From Octopus bimaculoides (taxonomy: Eukaryota): a stretch of DNA of 64,000 bases. Where the stretch lies: contig NC_068988.1 in assembly GCF_001194135.2 (NCBI RefSeq), forward strand, positions 4,252,157 through 4,316,156. The letters run 5' to 3'. Positions 52,204-64,000 of the stretch are shown one piece after another; within the stretch, counting starts at the first letter, position 1, and the number at the start of each line of letters is the position of its first letter. The notes below the pieces were generated by a model. It did not search any database. It had not been told where the DNA came from and was given only the letters and a program-made list of their open reading frames with translations. The translations under genes and the position numbers were made by a program.

Positions 52204-53770
52204 TATGTATATACATACATACATATATATCCACATCTATATTTAATAGACTTGATGAGGAGGTCAGTTATGGATATTCTAAGGTCCTTGTTACTTTTAG
52301 AAATCCTCAATCGAAGCTCTGGTCACAATCAGACATCAAAGTACGAACAAAAGTTGAGATCCATGAAGCATGAATCTTAACTACTGTTGTATGGATGTGG
52401 TCAGTGTGAAATGATATGTAAGTTCTTTGCAGTTTTTAGGAGCCATGGGATAATGTCATCAGCCAATGGGAAGACCAGACTTGAGATGCTTCTGAGAGTG
52501 AAATGAGTCCAGGATGTGATCTCACTTGGTTCTGAGTGGACTTCCATCATCATGTATTCAGTTTTATTTCGAGATTTCTTGCCAATAGAGAAAGAGTTGG
52601 TTTCTAACTTAAATCCAAGGACCCTTCATTGGAATTTCAACAACATCAACAGAGCATTTTTGTATGTATGTATGTATGTATGTATGTACAGATTTGTATG
52701 TTTTATGTATGTATATGTATGTATGTATATGTATGTATGTATGGATGTATGTATGTATATACGTATGTATGTCTTTACAAGGTAAGAGAGCAGAAGTTTA
52801 ACCAACAGCTCAAGTCTGGCTGAAAGGTCAATCAATGACTATTGGAGTAGCCACATGTTGAAAAGAAGTTACTAATTTCATCAGATTTATAAAAAAAAAA
52901 AATCATTACTACACAAATTCAGAATTCGATGAAACAAGTTAAAAACTGACCAAGATAGGTTTATCATAGAAGCACTTTAGTGAAGTGTTGATAATTACAG
53001 CAAGTGCCTGGGTTACTAAATGGAAATTGTAAAAATTGTTGGAATTTGCTGGGAAAATGGAGGAAACGGTTGAATTTCTGTCTGGCAAATTGAATGCCTT
53101 CACACAGAGATGACTCACTCAAGCTGGAAATATTTGGACCTTAATGTTAAAGTAGTTTCGTTCCCTTAATTCTTCTAATGATTCTCTCTCCCTAAAATGT
53201 GAAACAACTTTATGTAAATACCATTTCTTAGTGCAGTTAATCGTTGAGTGAAGGTTATAATCATGTGACTGGGTTTTGATAATTTAAAATGAAGTGTTTC
53301 TATAAATGAGAGTGAAAATTATATTATGGACTCTAATCACTATGGGTACGTCTTTTGTTTTATGGTACCTTGCTATATTTGGTACCTCAATAAGTCATCC
53401 TTTGATAATGGAAGTCTGAAATAATGATCTATGATAACCTTATTCTTCATTTCTATAATTTTAGAACATAGAGATTTTGTTATAATAATGTAAAATAAGA
53501 AAATACAAATGAATGATACAGGATAGCTACTTAAATTGAGGTAAACTGACTCCAACTCCATCCCCACCCACACCCCAATTGCCCTCAATGCAAAAGCAAG
53601 TGGTTTCTTCCAGCTGAAATAATCAGCAGAGAATTTTATAGTGACCGAATAATATATACAAATTAAGAAAATTAATCATGATATTTCATATAACTCAGCT
53701 TTTTTGTTATGGACAACAGTTATTCATTTCACTATTGAAGCATGACTGTGTGACTGGTGTAAAGCACATA

Positions 53771-53816
<46 letters not shown>

Positions 53817-54726
53817 CCCAACACAGAGACTTAAGAAAATAGACACTAAAAATCTTAAATTCCAAAACACAGTTGTTTACATCAGTTAAAAAGCTGTGAT
53901 TACTACACAGAACTATCAAGGTTAACAGCATTGAATATAAATTTTCTAGTCAAGTGAATGTTAATCTATTGAACTGGAAAGAAAAGTTGAAGTTATGCGT
54001 ATGGAAAAATCAACAAGAAAACAAAAACATTTTTTTAAATATATGTATAATCATGAATAAAATAGATTGAATATGTAGTGAGATATATATACATCCACAT
54101 ATTGTACGTGTACTGAGATATACATACACATATTGTTGTTTTCAGTTAGAAATTGGTAAACTATCTCACTCAACATCTCACCATATACCGGAGAGAAAAA
54201 GCAGACATCTCCCATAACAATATGTCCTACAGCTTCACCAATTCACAGATGGTAAATTCTTTGTAAATATCTTTCCTTAATAAATAGTCATTGTTAATTT
54301 ATAGTTTATGTTGTGATTTATTAGCTCAATGTCAATATTGGTTACTGCAAGAAGGAGGATGTCCAGACATGGGAAGAGAGATAAGGATTCAATTAAGGTG
54401 AGAGCACATCCAAATTTAGAAGACAGTTTCAACTCAGCCAATATAGGAAAAAAAAAAAAAAACCATTAAAACACATATTTGAAGTTGCTAAAGCAGAGGT
54501 CTACTGACTTTAAACACAACCAGTGCCATTGTAGTGTACACTTAAGCTTTAAACTTATCATTCTACTTACACTGTTTGCCCTGGCTGGAACACAGGCAGC
54601 TTCTCCATTTCTATGGTTCAGTGAGTAATATTTAAAAAGGAGCAACCAGCTGTAAAATGCTTACTTCAACAATTAATGTAAATGACTTAATATTCACAGC
54701 TAGAGTGAAAACACAAGGCAAGAATG

Positions 54727-54774
<48 letters not shown>

Positions 54775-54797
54775 NNNNNNNNNNCAAGGCAAGAATG

Positions 54798-54838
<41 letters not shown>

Positions 54839-55479
54839 AGTCATCACACATACATTTCTATACATGTTGAACTATATTTATAGAGGTAAACTATTTTGGC
54901 TATCACAGAAGAAATAAAAGTTCTTAATCTTATATGTATTATTCTGAGACTTGACTTGATTGAGTAAAAATATCAACACTGCAATCAATAGAATCAATAA
55001 GTGTTTTGAAAAGAAAACAAGTTTTGGTTGGAACTGAAGGAAATAGCTTTGGCATAAGTCAGTGAACTGCATGATTCCTAGCTGGTCAAGCAAAAATATA
55101 TTATCGTAAAAACTATATAGAGAAAACAGAACAGTGCAAGCGTGAAAAGAAAATACATATAGTAGGAAGGGGAAACAGCTTTAAACATCAAGCATTATAG
55201 AGTTGTAGAAAGATAAGGAACGACGTCACTTCATTGTTGCTTTAAACAAATTGGCTTATTGTAGGACATTCTACAGTTTGCCAGGAGATGTTATACTGGT
55301 GGCAAGAACAAAAAAAAAACAAAGTCAAAACAAAAATCTGCTTGTTATTAGTTTCACATAATAAGCTGAATTTTTACAGAAACTTAAGAGCAACACCAAG
55401 TTAAAAACTTTTTACCAAGTTGTTTTTTTTTAATGTTACGTTAGTAAAAAATTGTTAATATTATTAATATTATTATTAT

Positions 55480-55693
55480 GGTGAGCTAGCAGAATCATTA
55501 GTAAACCAGACAAAATGCTTAACAGCATTTTCACCTGTCTTTATGTTCTAAATTCAAATTCTACCTAAGGCAACTTTATCTTTCATCCTTTTGGGATCAA
55601 TGAAATAAGTACCATCTGAGCCCTAGGGTCAATGTAATCAACTAGCACGCTCTCTATACATTTAAGGCATTGTACCTAAAGGATAAGGGATTA
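55480..55693 (+). mobile_element. SINE family B whose tail hosts the Helitron
   Basis: ggtgagctagcagaatcattag...aagggatta. Confidence 0.75.
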
Positions 55694-56688
55694 TCGTGAA
55701 CCACTTCTACTACAATTTTCAACCAAATTTCATTAAATTTGACATATGTGTTCTCTTTGACTTAGGACGCTTTTTCTTATAATTTTTTCCTTGAAATTCC
55801 ATGCCCCCAACATAAATAGACTACTCTCAATTTGCCTAGGATTTGGTTTGAGCCAGCAGAAAAAGGTGGCATACACCCAGCTGGAAAAAAATCAATACTT
55901 TACTTTGTCAGCTGTGGCAAGTTCTTATTGACTGCTTGCACAGTACTGCCAGCAGTATTGATTTGCGAGTTATGATTTGCCTGTTTTCACGTGAGCACTC
56001 TTTTTCATATAATTATTCCAACTTAAACTAGCCACTTCAAAACTCTTACCCAAAATTAAAAATCCTTAATTCGGTCTGTTTGATTAACATTTTTACCAAC
56101 TACATTTTACTATTTTTTGGGTGTTACACATTCACCGCTTTTCCTTAGGACTTTTTGTATTACATAAACTGATAATTTTCCACCATGCCTCGACACAAAA
56201 GATCCAATATAGGTCGGCAAACAAATGCTGCAAAGAAAAGTAAATGTATGTGTGCAAATGAATCTGCTGAGGATGCCGCCAGAAGAAACTCTCTCAATGC
56301 ACTTAGGATGGCTTCAGCGTGAAGAAGGGAAAGTGAAGAGCAGCGCTGTGATTGGTTAGCACATATTGCTGGACAACGAGCTGCACAGAGCAACGAGCAA
56401 CATTCAGCACACTGAACAAGAAATGCTTCCTCTACTGCTGCTGCAGCAGGAGCTTGAGAGACTGCAGCACAATGTGCAGATCGACTTAAAAGAGGTACTG
56501 CAGCAACTGCTGCTGCACATACTATGACTCTGCATGTTCACTATTGCGCTAAATATATCAAACAATGCAGGGAACATCTGCCATTAGGATTTCTTCCATT
56601 CAGTTCAGAGGTGCATCCGTGACTGGTCTAATAACCAAGCAGGCGTACTTAACAAACAGTCCCGGCTAACACCGGGAATGCCTGCTGG
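55694..56688 (+). mobile_element. Internally deleted (non-autonomous) Helitron
   Basis: A|TC 5' end; 3' hairpin TCCCGG-ctaaca-CCGGGA (56660-56677) then CTGG|T (CTRR); no TSD; empty site reads ggatta|ttattatt. Confidence 0.75.
56185..56622 (+). pseudogene. Helitron Rep/Hel N-terminal remnant with three in-frame TGA (56320, 56413, 56455)
   Basis: MPRHKRSNIGRQTNAA...ANESAEDAARRN...RESEEQR..L resembles Helitron N-termini; stops lie where CGA (Arg) would fit CpG decay. Confidence 0.7.
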
Positions 56689-56749
56689 TTATTATTAATA
56701 TTATGATTATGATTATCGTTATCAAGCTATCACATGCAAATTTAATGAT

Positions 56750-57409
56750 CAGGAATATTATCTTGAGGTTTGGTGATAAAGCTCCTCAAATCTGAAGAAT
56801 ATTTCTTATGATTCTTATAGAATGTAGGATGGTCATTTTTCTACATGTCAACCACACAAATTTCATCTCCAACCTCTTTCAGTCTTTGAGATAGCTTTTT
56901 GAGAGTAGTGCCAAGTGCATCAATTACCACAGGAAGAATTGTTGTCTTCAGCTTTCTGGTTAGATTTTGAGACTTCTCAATTTTTTCCAAGTTCTTTGGT
57001 ATCAACTCAGCTATCATAGGAGACAGAAAAGTCTCCTATGATCTTATACTGTTTCTTTATTTTTGCCTCTATAACCATATCTCACTTTGCTCCATTAGTA
57101 TCATCAGTCTTTACGGTTCTGTTTCACTTCTTATTTCTCCGACCTTAATTCCTTCAGCCATTTTGCATCTTTGTTATACTTTCTTCCATTATCCCAAATG
57201 TTACTCCAAAACCTTTTACTTTCTTCAGCATTTGGTCTCTCACTGCTGTTAACCTTTCCAGTCAGCTGCTGAAAAACCCTTTTCTAATCTTGTTGGAACA
57301 ATCTGTTGATCTTATATCGTTCAATATTTGGTCATATCTCTTGATCTTTGTCACTTTAGCCTGCAATCTTTGTGTCAGCTCTTCAAGGACTATGTTTAGC
57401 CCCTTTTTC

Positions 57410-57415
<6 letters not shown>
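56750..57415 (-). mobile_element. Internally deleted R4/Dong-like non-LTR element
   Basis: LEELTQRLQAKVTKIKRYD/IERYKINRLFQQD*KRVFQQL...FWSNIWDN..YNKDAKW fused close to C-terminal TTILPVVIDALGT; (TAA)-like tracts on both sides. Confidence 0.7.
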
Positions 57416-57441
<26 letters not shown>

Positions 57442-58539
57442 CATTAATATTTGTCCAATGTTAGTAAAGTAAGTACCAAATTCATTTAGTTGATTATTTT
57501 TCTTAACAAATTCCTGATATTGAGCCAAGATATAAAATTCTGGTATCCCCGTATTATTGGGGTCTCTTGAAGAAACATGCAGAAGTAGAGAAATCCATTA
57601 AGGATTTCTGATTTAGGTACCAGGCTAGCAATTTTGAGGAGCAAGGACTAGCTGATTTCATTAATCCAAGTATGTAACTGGTAGTTTATTTTATCAAGCT
57701 TGAAAGAATGAAAGACAAAACTGACCACTTGTAATTTGATCTTGGAATGTAAAGAACCCTAAGAATACTTAAAGCCATTTTTCTGACATTCTAAGGTTTT
57801 TGTTTCTCTGCCACCATTATATATTTTCTAGTAGAGGTACACTAATTGATGAGAATAATTTTAATGAGATTGGATTAGTAAGGTAGTATCACCACCAATA
57901 TTTAACTGGTATTTCATTTTATCAACCTCAGAGGGGTGAAAGGTAAGTTTGATCTTGACAATTCTATCAATCCATTGACCTGAAAGCTGTTAATAATAAA
58001 GCTATTAATTATTACTTAAAACCTCTAATTGGCTAAGTACAATTTCATGATTATAATTTGTTGTATGTTTCCAATTCTTTTAGCTGGATTTATTTGGTAT
58101 AAATTTCCACAGCATTATACTTTGATCATGCCCTGTAGTCATATTTGTAAGTTATAATCTTTATGTGTTTATAAACAAGCTTTTAAGTTAATTTTCTTAA
58201 CAAGCATTTAATTCCAGCAGCTTCATTGTCTTAATTTTTTGACTAAGCAATTTCTATTCATTCTCACTTATTCATGTCAGGATCATAATATCACACGAGA
58301 ATCAAATTGTGTTAGAAAACAGTAAAATACTTTAAAACAAGTTAGGTTACTACTATTTATCTTCACGGCAACTCAAAAAACATCACAGCCCAAAATACGA
58401 GTTTCACATCCTGTTAATGATTCTCTTGAACAAAATATAAACAAACTGCAAGTACACAGTGGCTCTGATGAAAGGTAGAGTTGGGTTAAGGTACCCTTTT
58501 AACATTTTTGTTTTACAGCAAATTTTCTCCAAAGATGAA

Positions 58540-59975
58540 ATGCATGACCCAAAAAGCAATAAATACTATAGCATAACAGTTCCAATTAGTGTTGTGGCCT
58601 ATTCTGAAGATCATAATAGGATAGCTTTGGAGTGCTTTGAGCTATTGCTAAGTGATAAAATGGTAAAGGCTTGAAGGAAACAAGAAAATCAGCTGAGCAA
58701 TTATCAAGTGTCCAGACCAAGAAGAAGAGAAATGGAATAAAAGATGAGTGTTAGATCAAAGGAGTTGGACATTTCTGTAGTTATTAAAATGGCTTTACCT
58801 TATTCAAGACTAATTGCAAGGAACAGAGATGTCAATGATTTTAGAGGATTAGCATTGTGATGGTCCTGATTTATGAGTATAAACAATGCCTGTATGAGGA
58901 TCAAGAGAAAAGAAAAATTTTAATAGCACAAACTGTACATTCTGAATTCAGAGATAAAAGTATAGATTGTTATATTTGCGTGGAGTCATAATAAATCCTA
59001 TAAACACATTCACCAGTTATTTTCTGTCTATATTCCACTTCATTTTAGCGAAGCCTTGATAACAGAAAAAGAAGTGAAATATAGACAAGCAACAATTGGT
59101 GAATATGTTATAGGTTTTATTAATGATGACTCTCCCCAAATATAGCAATATTAGTTTCAAGACGTGGATTCAGATCAAAATTATTGCATAACAAAACAAA
59201 TTCAAAATAAAATCATTAACTTGCACAGATATGTGATTAATATAAGAAAAAAAATATTTTAAATTTTTACAGACATCAAATATGAATGAAGTCTCACTGG
59301 CATTTGTGATACCATAAATAAAAATGGGAAAGTGAAATGGTGCTAAAACACATGGCCATGAGAATCCACACTTCACAGTGTTTTTACCTTGTGCCGATGT
59401 CACAAAACTGCCACCTATTCTAATTTTTAGAAGATAGACCTTAGGAAGAAAAGAAGACCCAATGGAGTTAATGACTGTGTTGATTTGAAAAGTTGGATAA
59501 GTGACAGACGAACAAAATTGTGAGTAAAGTATGATGTAGATGTAATGTGGACAGTTAAAGAAACCTGCCTCAGTAAGTTTTGAACCAGTTTCTGGTGTTT
59601 TTGAAGAGGCAGGTTTGGACAGCTGTAAAATCTGGCTACATGTCACTTATAAGCTTTAGATGTCCCAATCAATAAACCATTTAAATGATTCACAAAGGAG
59701 AAGTGGAACAGGTTGATGAAGAATTAATATTTTGAAGAGACAAGGATAGGAGAGAAGTGGAGGATGGAGAGGAAGAGGAAATCATTAAAAAAAATGTGAT
59801 GTTGATGATGTAATTGATACTTCTGGGGGTGCTGATTAAATTAAACAAATTTCAGTGAGAAAAAGTGTAAAATAAATTAATACTAGCCATGAGAATGAGT
59901 TCCCAAGTTTTCAAGATGCTGGTGTACCAAGTTCTGAAGATGAAAATTTTCTAGGATTTGTATTTGAGGATTAAA
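58540..59975 (+). pseudogene. Decayed pogo-family (POGK-like) DDE transposase
   Basis: VVAYSEDHNR..(Brinker-DBD-like); SNMNEVSLAF; KTHGHENPHFTVFLPCADVTKLPPILIFRR; LDVPINKPFK; many stops and frameshifts. Confidence 0.8.
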
Positions 59976-60899
59976 TAAATTTTATGATTCTTTTTTTTTT
60001 TTTTGGTATTGGTATGTGAATTATATAAAGATATTGAGTACAATATAAAGGTACTAAGTATGTAAGTTCTATAAAGATACTATTTTATAATTACAGTATT
60101 TGTATTTCATCCCTGCTTTGTTTGTAGCTGAGAGCCCATTATTCTGTTGAAAAAGAAAAAAAAACTAGTTTTAGTGTGATGTTGTTATTCTATCACCTAA
60201 TTAAATTGATGTTAATTTTCATCAACATAATTTGTAAGGTGACAGCCACAGTGGGGAAAAAATCTTCAGAATAACTTCCACAATATAGTTAAAACACAGT
60301 GTCATGTTGCATCACCAGAATGTCATGACTGTTGCCAAATGTACAAGAATTTCAAATGCTGGAGCACAGAATTGTACAATTTTCAGGAAATACCAATCTC
60401 AGTAAACAGATTCCTTACTTGTTTTTTTAGAAAGTGACCTAAAATTTACCCAAATACTCAGGATGATTTGTATTGACATCCACATCAACAGACTTTCTCT
60501 GATTGCACTCACAATATATGCTTGTCAACCAGGAGTTATCTCATTACATAATAGCCATGCCTTATATGCCTTAGATGGTAGTAAATATGGTATCTTGAAG
60601 TATTGAGATGTATTCTTCCAATTCAACAGTTCAATACATTTGGGGAAAATGCTGTCATTCAACAAATCAAATCCCATCAAAGTGTCCAACCTTTGCCAGC
60701 ATGGAAGCCAGACGTTAAATGCTGCTGCTGATGATGATGACAATGTTTCTGCTACTGATGAGGATGATGATGTATATTAGGGGACAAGACCAGAAATTTA
60801 TAGGAGAGGGGCCTTGTAAAAGGAAACAGTGACTAATTTGTCATATTTCATCTGTCCCTGAGGGATAAAAAGCAAAGTTAACCTTAAACAGATTTCAAT

Positions 60900-60943
<44 letters not shown>

Positions 60944-61362
60944 AGAACACTTATAATAATAATGCAGATTATATGTCACATACTTTAATATATAATGATG
61001 TGTAATATTAATTATAATTTCCTAGAAGTTGTTAGATGTAGTTGATAAGAAGAAGAGGGGAAAAAAAGACAGAATTAATTAATATTAAGATGATATAATG
61101 AGGGAAATTACAATTAATTTTTCTGGCTTTCCTTCATTTTTCATTTCCTGTCCAAAGTTCATTAAGACATTGAATATAGAGCATGGGGTGGGATTAGAAC
61201 CAACCTAATTAGCTTTCTTGTGCTTTTTGTCTCTGGATTTACCCTTTCACTACAAATTACAAATCTTCTCTCTGTATTCAACAAACAACCACCAAAGTAC
61301 ATACAAACACATGCATTTACATATATACATATATAAATACTTACACATGAGTACACATACAC

Positions 61363-61416
<54 letters not shown>

Positions 61417-61529
61417 GCAAATATATGTGTGTGGGAGTGTGTGTGTGTGCATTATATATGCATCTGAATGTATATAATGTATAGATGCATGCATATATAT
61501 GCGTATGTATGTATATGGGTATATATAAT

Positions 61530-61544
61530 AATTATTATTATTAA

Positions 61545-61610
<66 letters not shown>

Positions 61611-61617
61611 CATTATT
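61530..61617. repeat. (ATT)n microsatellite
   Basis: Direct read. Confidence 0.97.
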
Positions 61618-62934
61618 ACCAGTTTCTAATCGACTGGCCCCTTCCCCAAATTGTGCCTAGAGTAGAAACTAATTTTGAAAATAATGAAGAATTTATTAAA
61701 ATAATTTAGTCATCATTAAGCTTGAGTTTAGAACATCAAATATCATGGAATTTTGAAGGAAGCTTTAATGTAAATCATTTTAAAACAGCAAAATTTTATC
61801 ATAGAAATAGGGGAAGTCTCAGGTGAGTTGCTATCAAAAGTATTATAAAAATAGGCTTTTCAGCCTTAGATCTTAAACCTGTTCATGAAATGGACTTTAT
61901 ATACCCGCTGAAGTTTCAAATATAATCATCTTGTTGTTTAGCTCCATATCTGACCTGATGGAGATGACCTGAGGTCAAAGACATTCTGCTCTGGATTTAC
62001 CATTTTAGATGCTTCTAAGATTATATTATGTAAGGTATCCTTCCTTTTCTTAGGCTGTAGGGTGTAACTTTGAAGAGATTTGGTGGGTTTTTATTTGGTG
62101 TGTGTGAGTGTGTATGTGTGTACATGTGCATAAGTAAATGGAATTTATCTCACAAATTATGCCATTACAGTAAGATGTGTTTTTTCTTAAAGTGTCGCAT
62201 TAAAAATAGTTGAGGAGAGATGTGCTATCAGGGTATCTATGATAAAAAATTGTTTCAGACAATCTTAACTTGAGAGTTCTATAACAATAATGATAATGAT
62301 GATAATGGTGGTGGTGGCAGTGGTGAGGAACAGGGGGAGTTGAACTCGCAAACCATTGTTGACCAACAACTAATTGTTTCTAACCTCTTTGACACCAACC
62401 TGCTTGAAACCAGCTTTGGTTTTATGACACAAATTACATTTTCTAAAGTGATTTCAAAGTAAAACCTTGCACCAAAATTTCATGGTATTTTTTCAAACAC
62501 CAGCTGAATAACAACAAAGTCGTTTTGTTAAATTTTTCATTATTTTCAAAATGAATTCAAATGAAAAGTAAGGTATTTCAACATCAAAATACGGCAACAA
62601 GATGGTTAAATAAGTTTTGTGTTTCTATGTTGAGTGTAAGGCTCTCCAGTGGAGAATCCAGAACTTTTGAGATCAAGAATGAGAATAAAGTTTTTGAAGC
62701 TACAAGATGGTTCTTTTCTCTTCTCTGAGGTCGGATTAGTTTGAAATGTAGAAAATATCCAACCGTTCTACTGAATTATGCTATAGATATATGAATATTT
62801 CACTTTAAATGATGATGATGGTGACAACAATGTTAAAACATAGAGAGAAAAGAAAGAAATCTGGCTTCCTGTCTAATCAATGAGATTCTCTGTAAAATAA
62901 TTGAAGGAATTCAATAATTTTGAATTCTTTTCAG

Positions 62935-62991
62935 ATAAAGAATGAGTAGCTTCTGGCTTGGATACTAAATTATGTCGGCTATTAAAGACTG
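62935..62991 (+). other. Candidate 57-nt non-coding exon
   Basis: ttttgaattcttttcag| acceptor, G|gtaagt donor; stop codons in all three frames. Confidence 0.4.
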
Positions 62992-63621
62992 GTAAGTCTT
63001 TCAGTAAGATATGTCCTCCTATTTTAGGTTTGTACGTACCTTAACTTAATGAACATATAATAAAACCCAAGAGATTCTTCAAGAAAAATATGGCATTTTC
63101 TTTTCAATATTTTAAGAATTAGGAAAATCTTATAATTTGGAGGAAAAAATGTTTCCTTTCAAATTCTTTGCTAATTAAGATGTTGCAACAAAGACAGCTA
63201 TAGGCAGGAATCTTAGTAAAGATAGATTTATGGCCAGAAGGATTAAATCATTGGGATATGGAATCTTTGATTTTTAGCAATTTCAATAGAAAAAAAAGCA
63301 TCATGGGTTTATAAATAGGAAATGGATTAGACTCAGGAATGTGTATATTAATCAAACTAACATATTGACAAATTCACAGACACATGCAGATAAAATATTT
63401 AGCTAATTGCAGGAATTACAATAATGCAGCTTGTTTAGCAACATGAAAAGTGATTGTAATAAGGATTCAAATATTAAATATGAGATGAAGTATCTCACAA
63501 AATATATGTATCCAAGGGTGTGGCATAGCCTTAGGGCTAGTCAGATGATATTGAACCATCCAACCAATACCATCATGGGAAATGGATATTAAACAATGAT
63601 GGTGATGATGATGATAATTAT

Positions 63622-63937
63622 ATCATCATCATCATTGTTTAATGTCTGCTTTCCATTCTGGCATGGGTTGAACGGTTTGACTGAGGACTGGCAAACCAGT
63701 AGGCTGCAGCAGACTCCAATCTGATCTGGCAAGGTCTCTACAGTTGAATGCCCTTCCTAATGCCAACCACTCCAAGAGTGTAGTGGGTGCTTTTTACGTG
63801 CCACCAGCATGGAAGCCAGTCAGATGGTACTAGCATTTACCACATTCAGATGGTGCTTTTAAAGTGCCACCGGTACAGGAACTAGTCAGGAGGGGAACTG
63901 GCATCAACCATGTTTGGATGGTGTTTTTTACATGCCA
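63622..63937 (-). mobile_element. RTE 3' UTR/tail with tandem internal modules
   Basis: Matches 50809-51150; the gtgcttttta..tgccacc module is repeated. Confidence 0.85.
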
Positions 63938-63961
63938 TATATATATCAATGGGTGTGTGTG

Positions 63962-64000
<39 letters not shown>

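Noticed and set aside
1336-52835. Long ORFs rich in CV/YI/HT or X in the ORF track
   Set aside because: They are translations of dinucleotide microsatellites and N gaps
54140-54205. C2H2 linker-like LTQHLTI..TGEK
   Set aside because: Wrong spacing, a stop, a frameshift and no CxxC
54715-54830. Direct repeat caaggcaagaatgaa(ca)n
   Set aside because: Straddles a 10-N gap; probably overlapping contig ends

Overview
AT-rich eukaryotic DNA saturated with microsatellites and containing 8 N-gaps. The SINE/RTE families look like those of an octopus (coleoid cephalopod) genome; this is inferred from repeat recognition, not a database search. I found no confidently identifiable host protein-coding gene; nearly all long ORFs in the track are microsatellite or N-run artefacts. 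The window is mostly tRNA-derived SINEs, RTE LINE fragments, decayed CR1/I-group and R4/Dong-like LINEs, an internally deleted Helitron and a decayed pogo transposase. The most notable signal is a set of type-I hammerhead ribozyme (HHR) folds with self-complementary stem III, the dimer-cleaving form known from Penelope-like elements (PLEs). One canonical HHR lies at 39217-39318. A minimal HHR at 12911-12956 sits inside a TSD-flanked palindromic element built from two head-to-head tRNA-like heads. Further candidate or degenerate HHRs lie at 3186-3272, 8866-8910, 21138-21180 and 36813-36898, three of them inside foldback elements. Short + strand exon candidates can be spliced into a hypothetical 71-aa membrane micropeptide. 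All folds and translations were done by eye.
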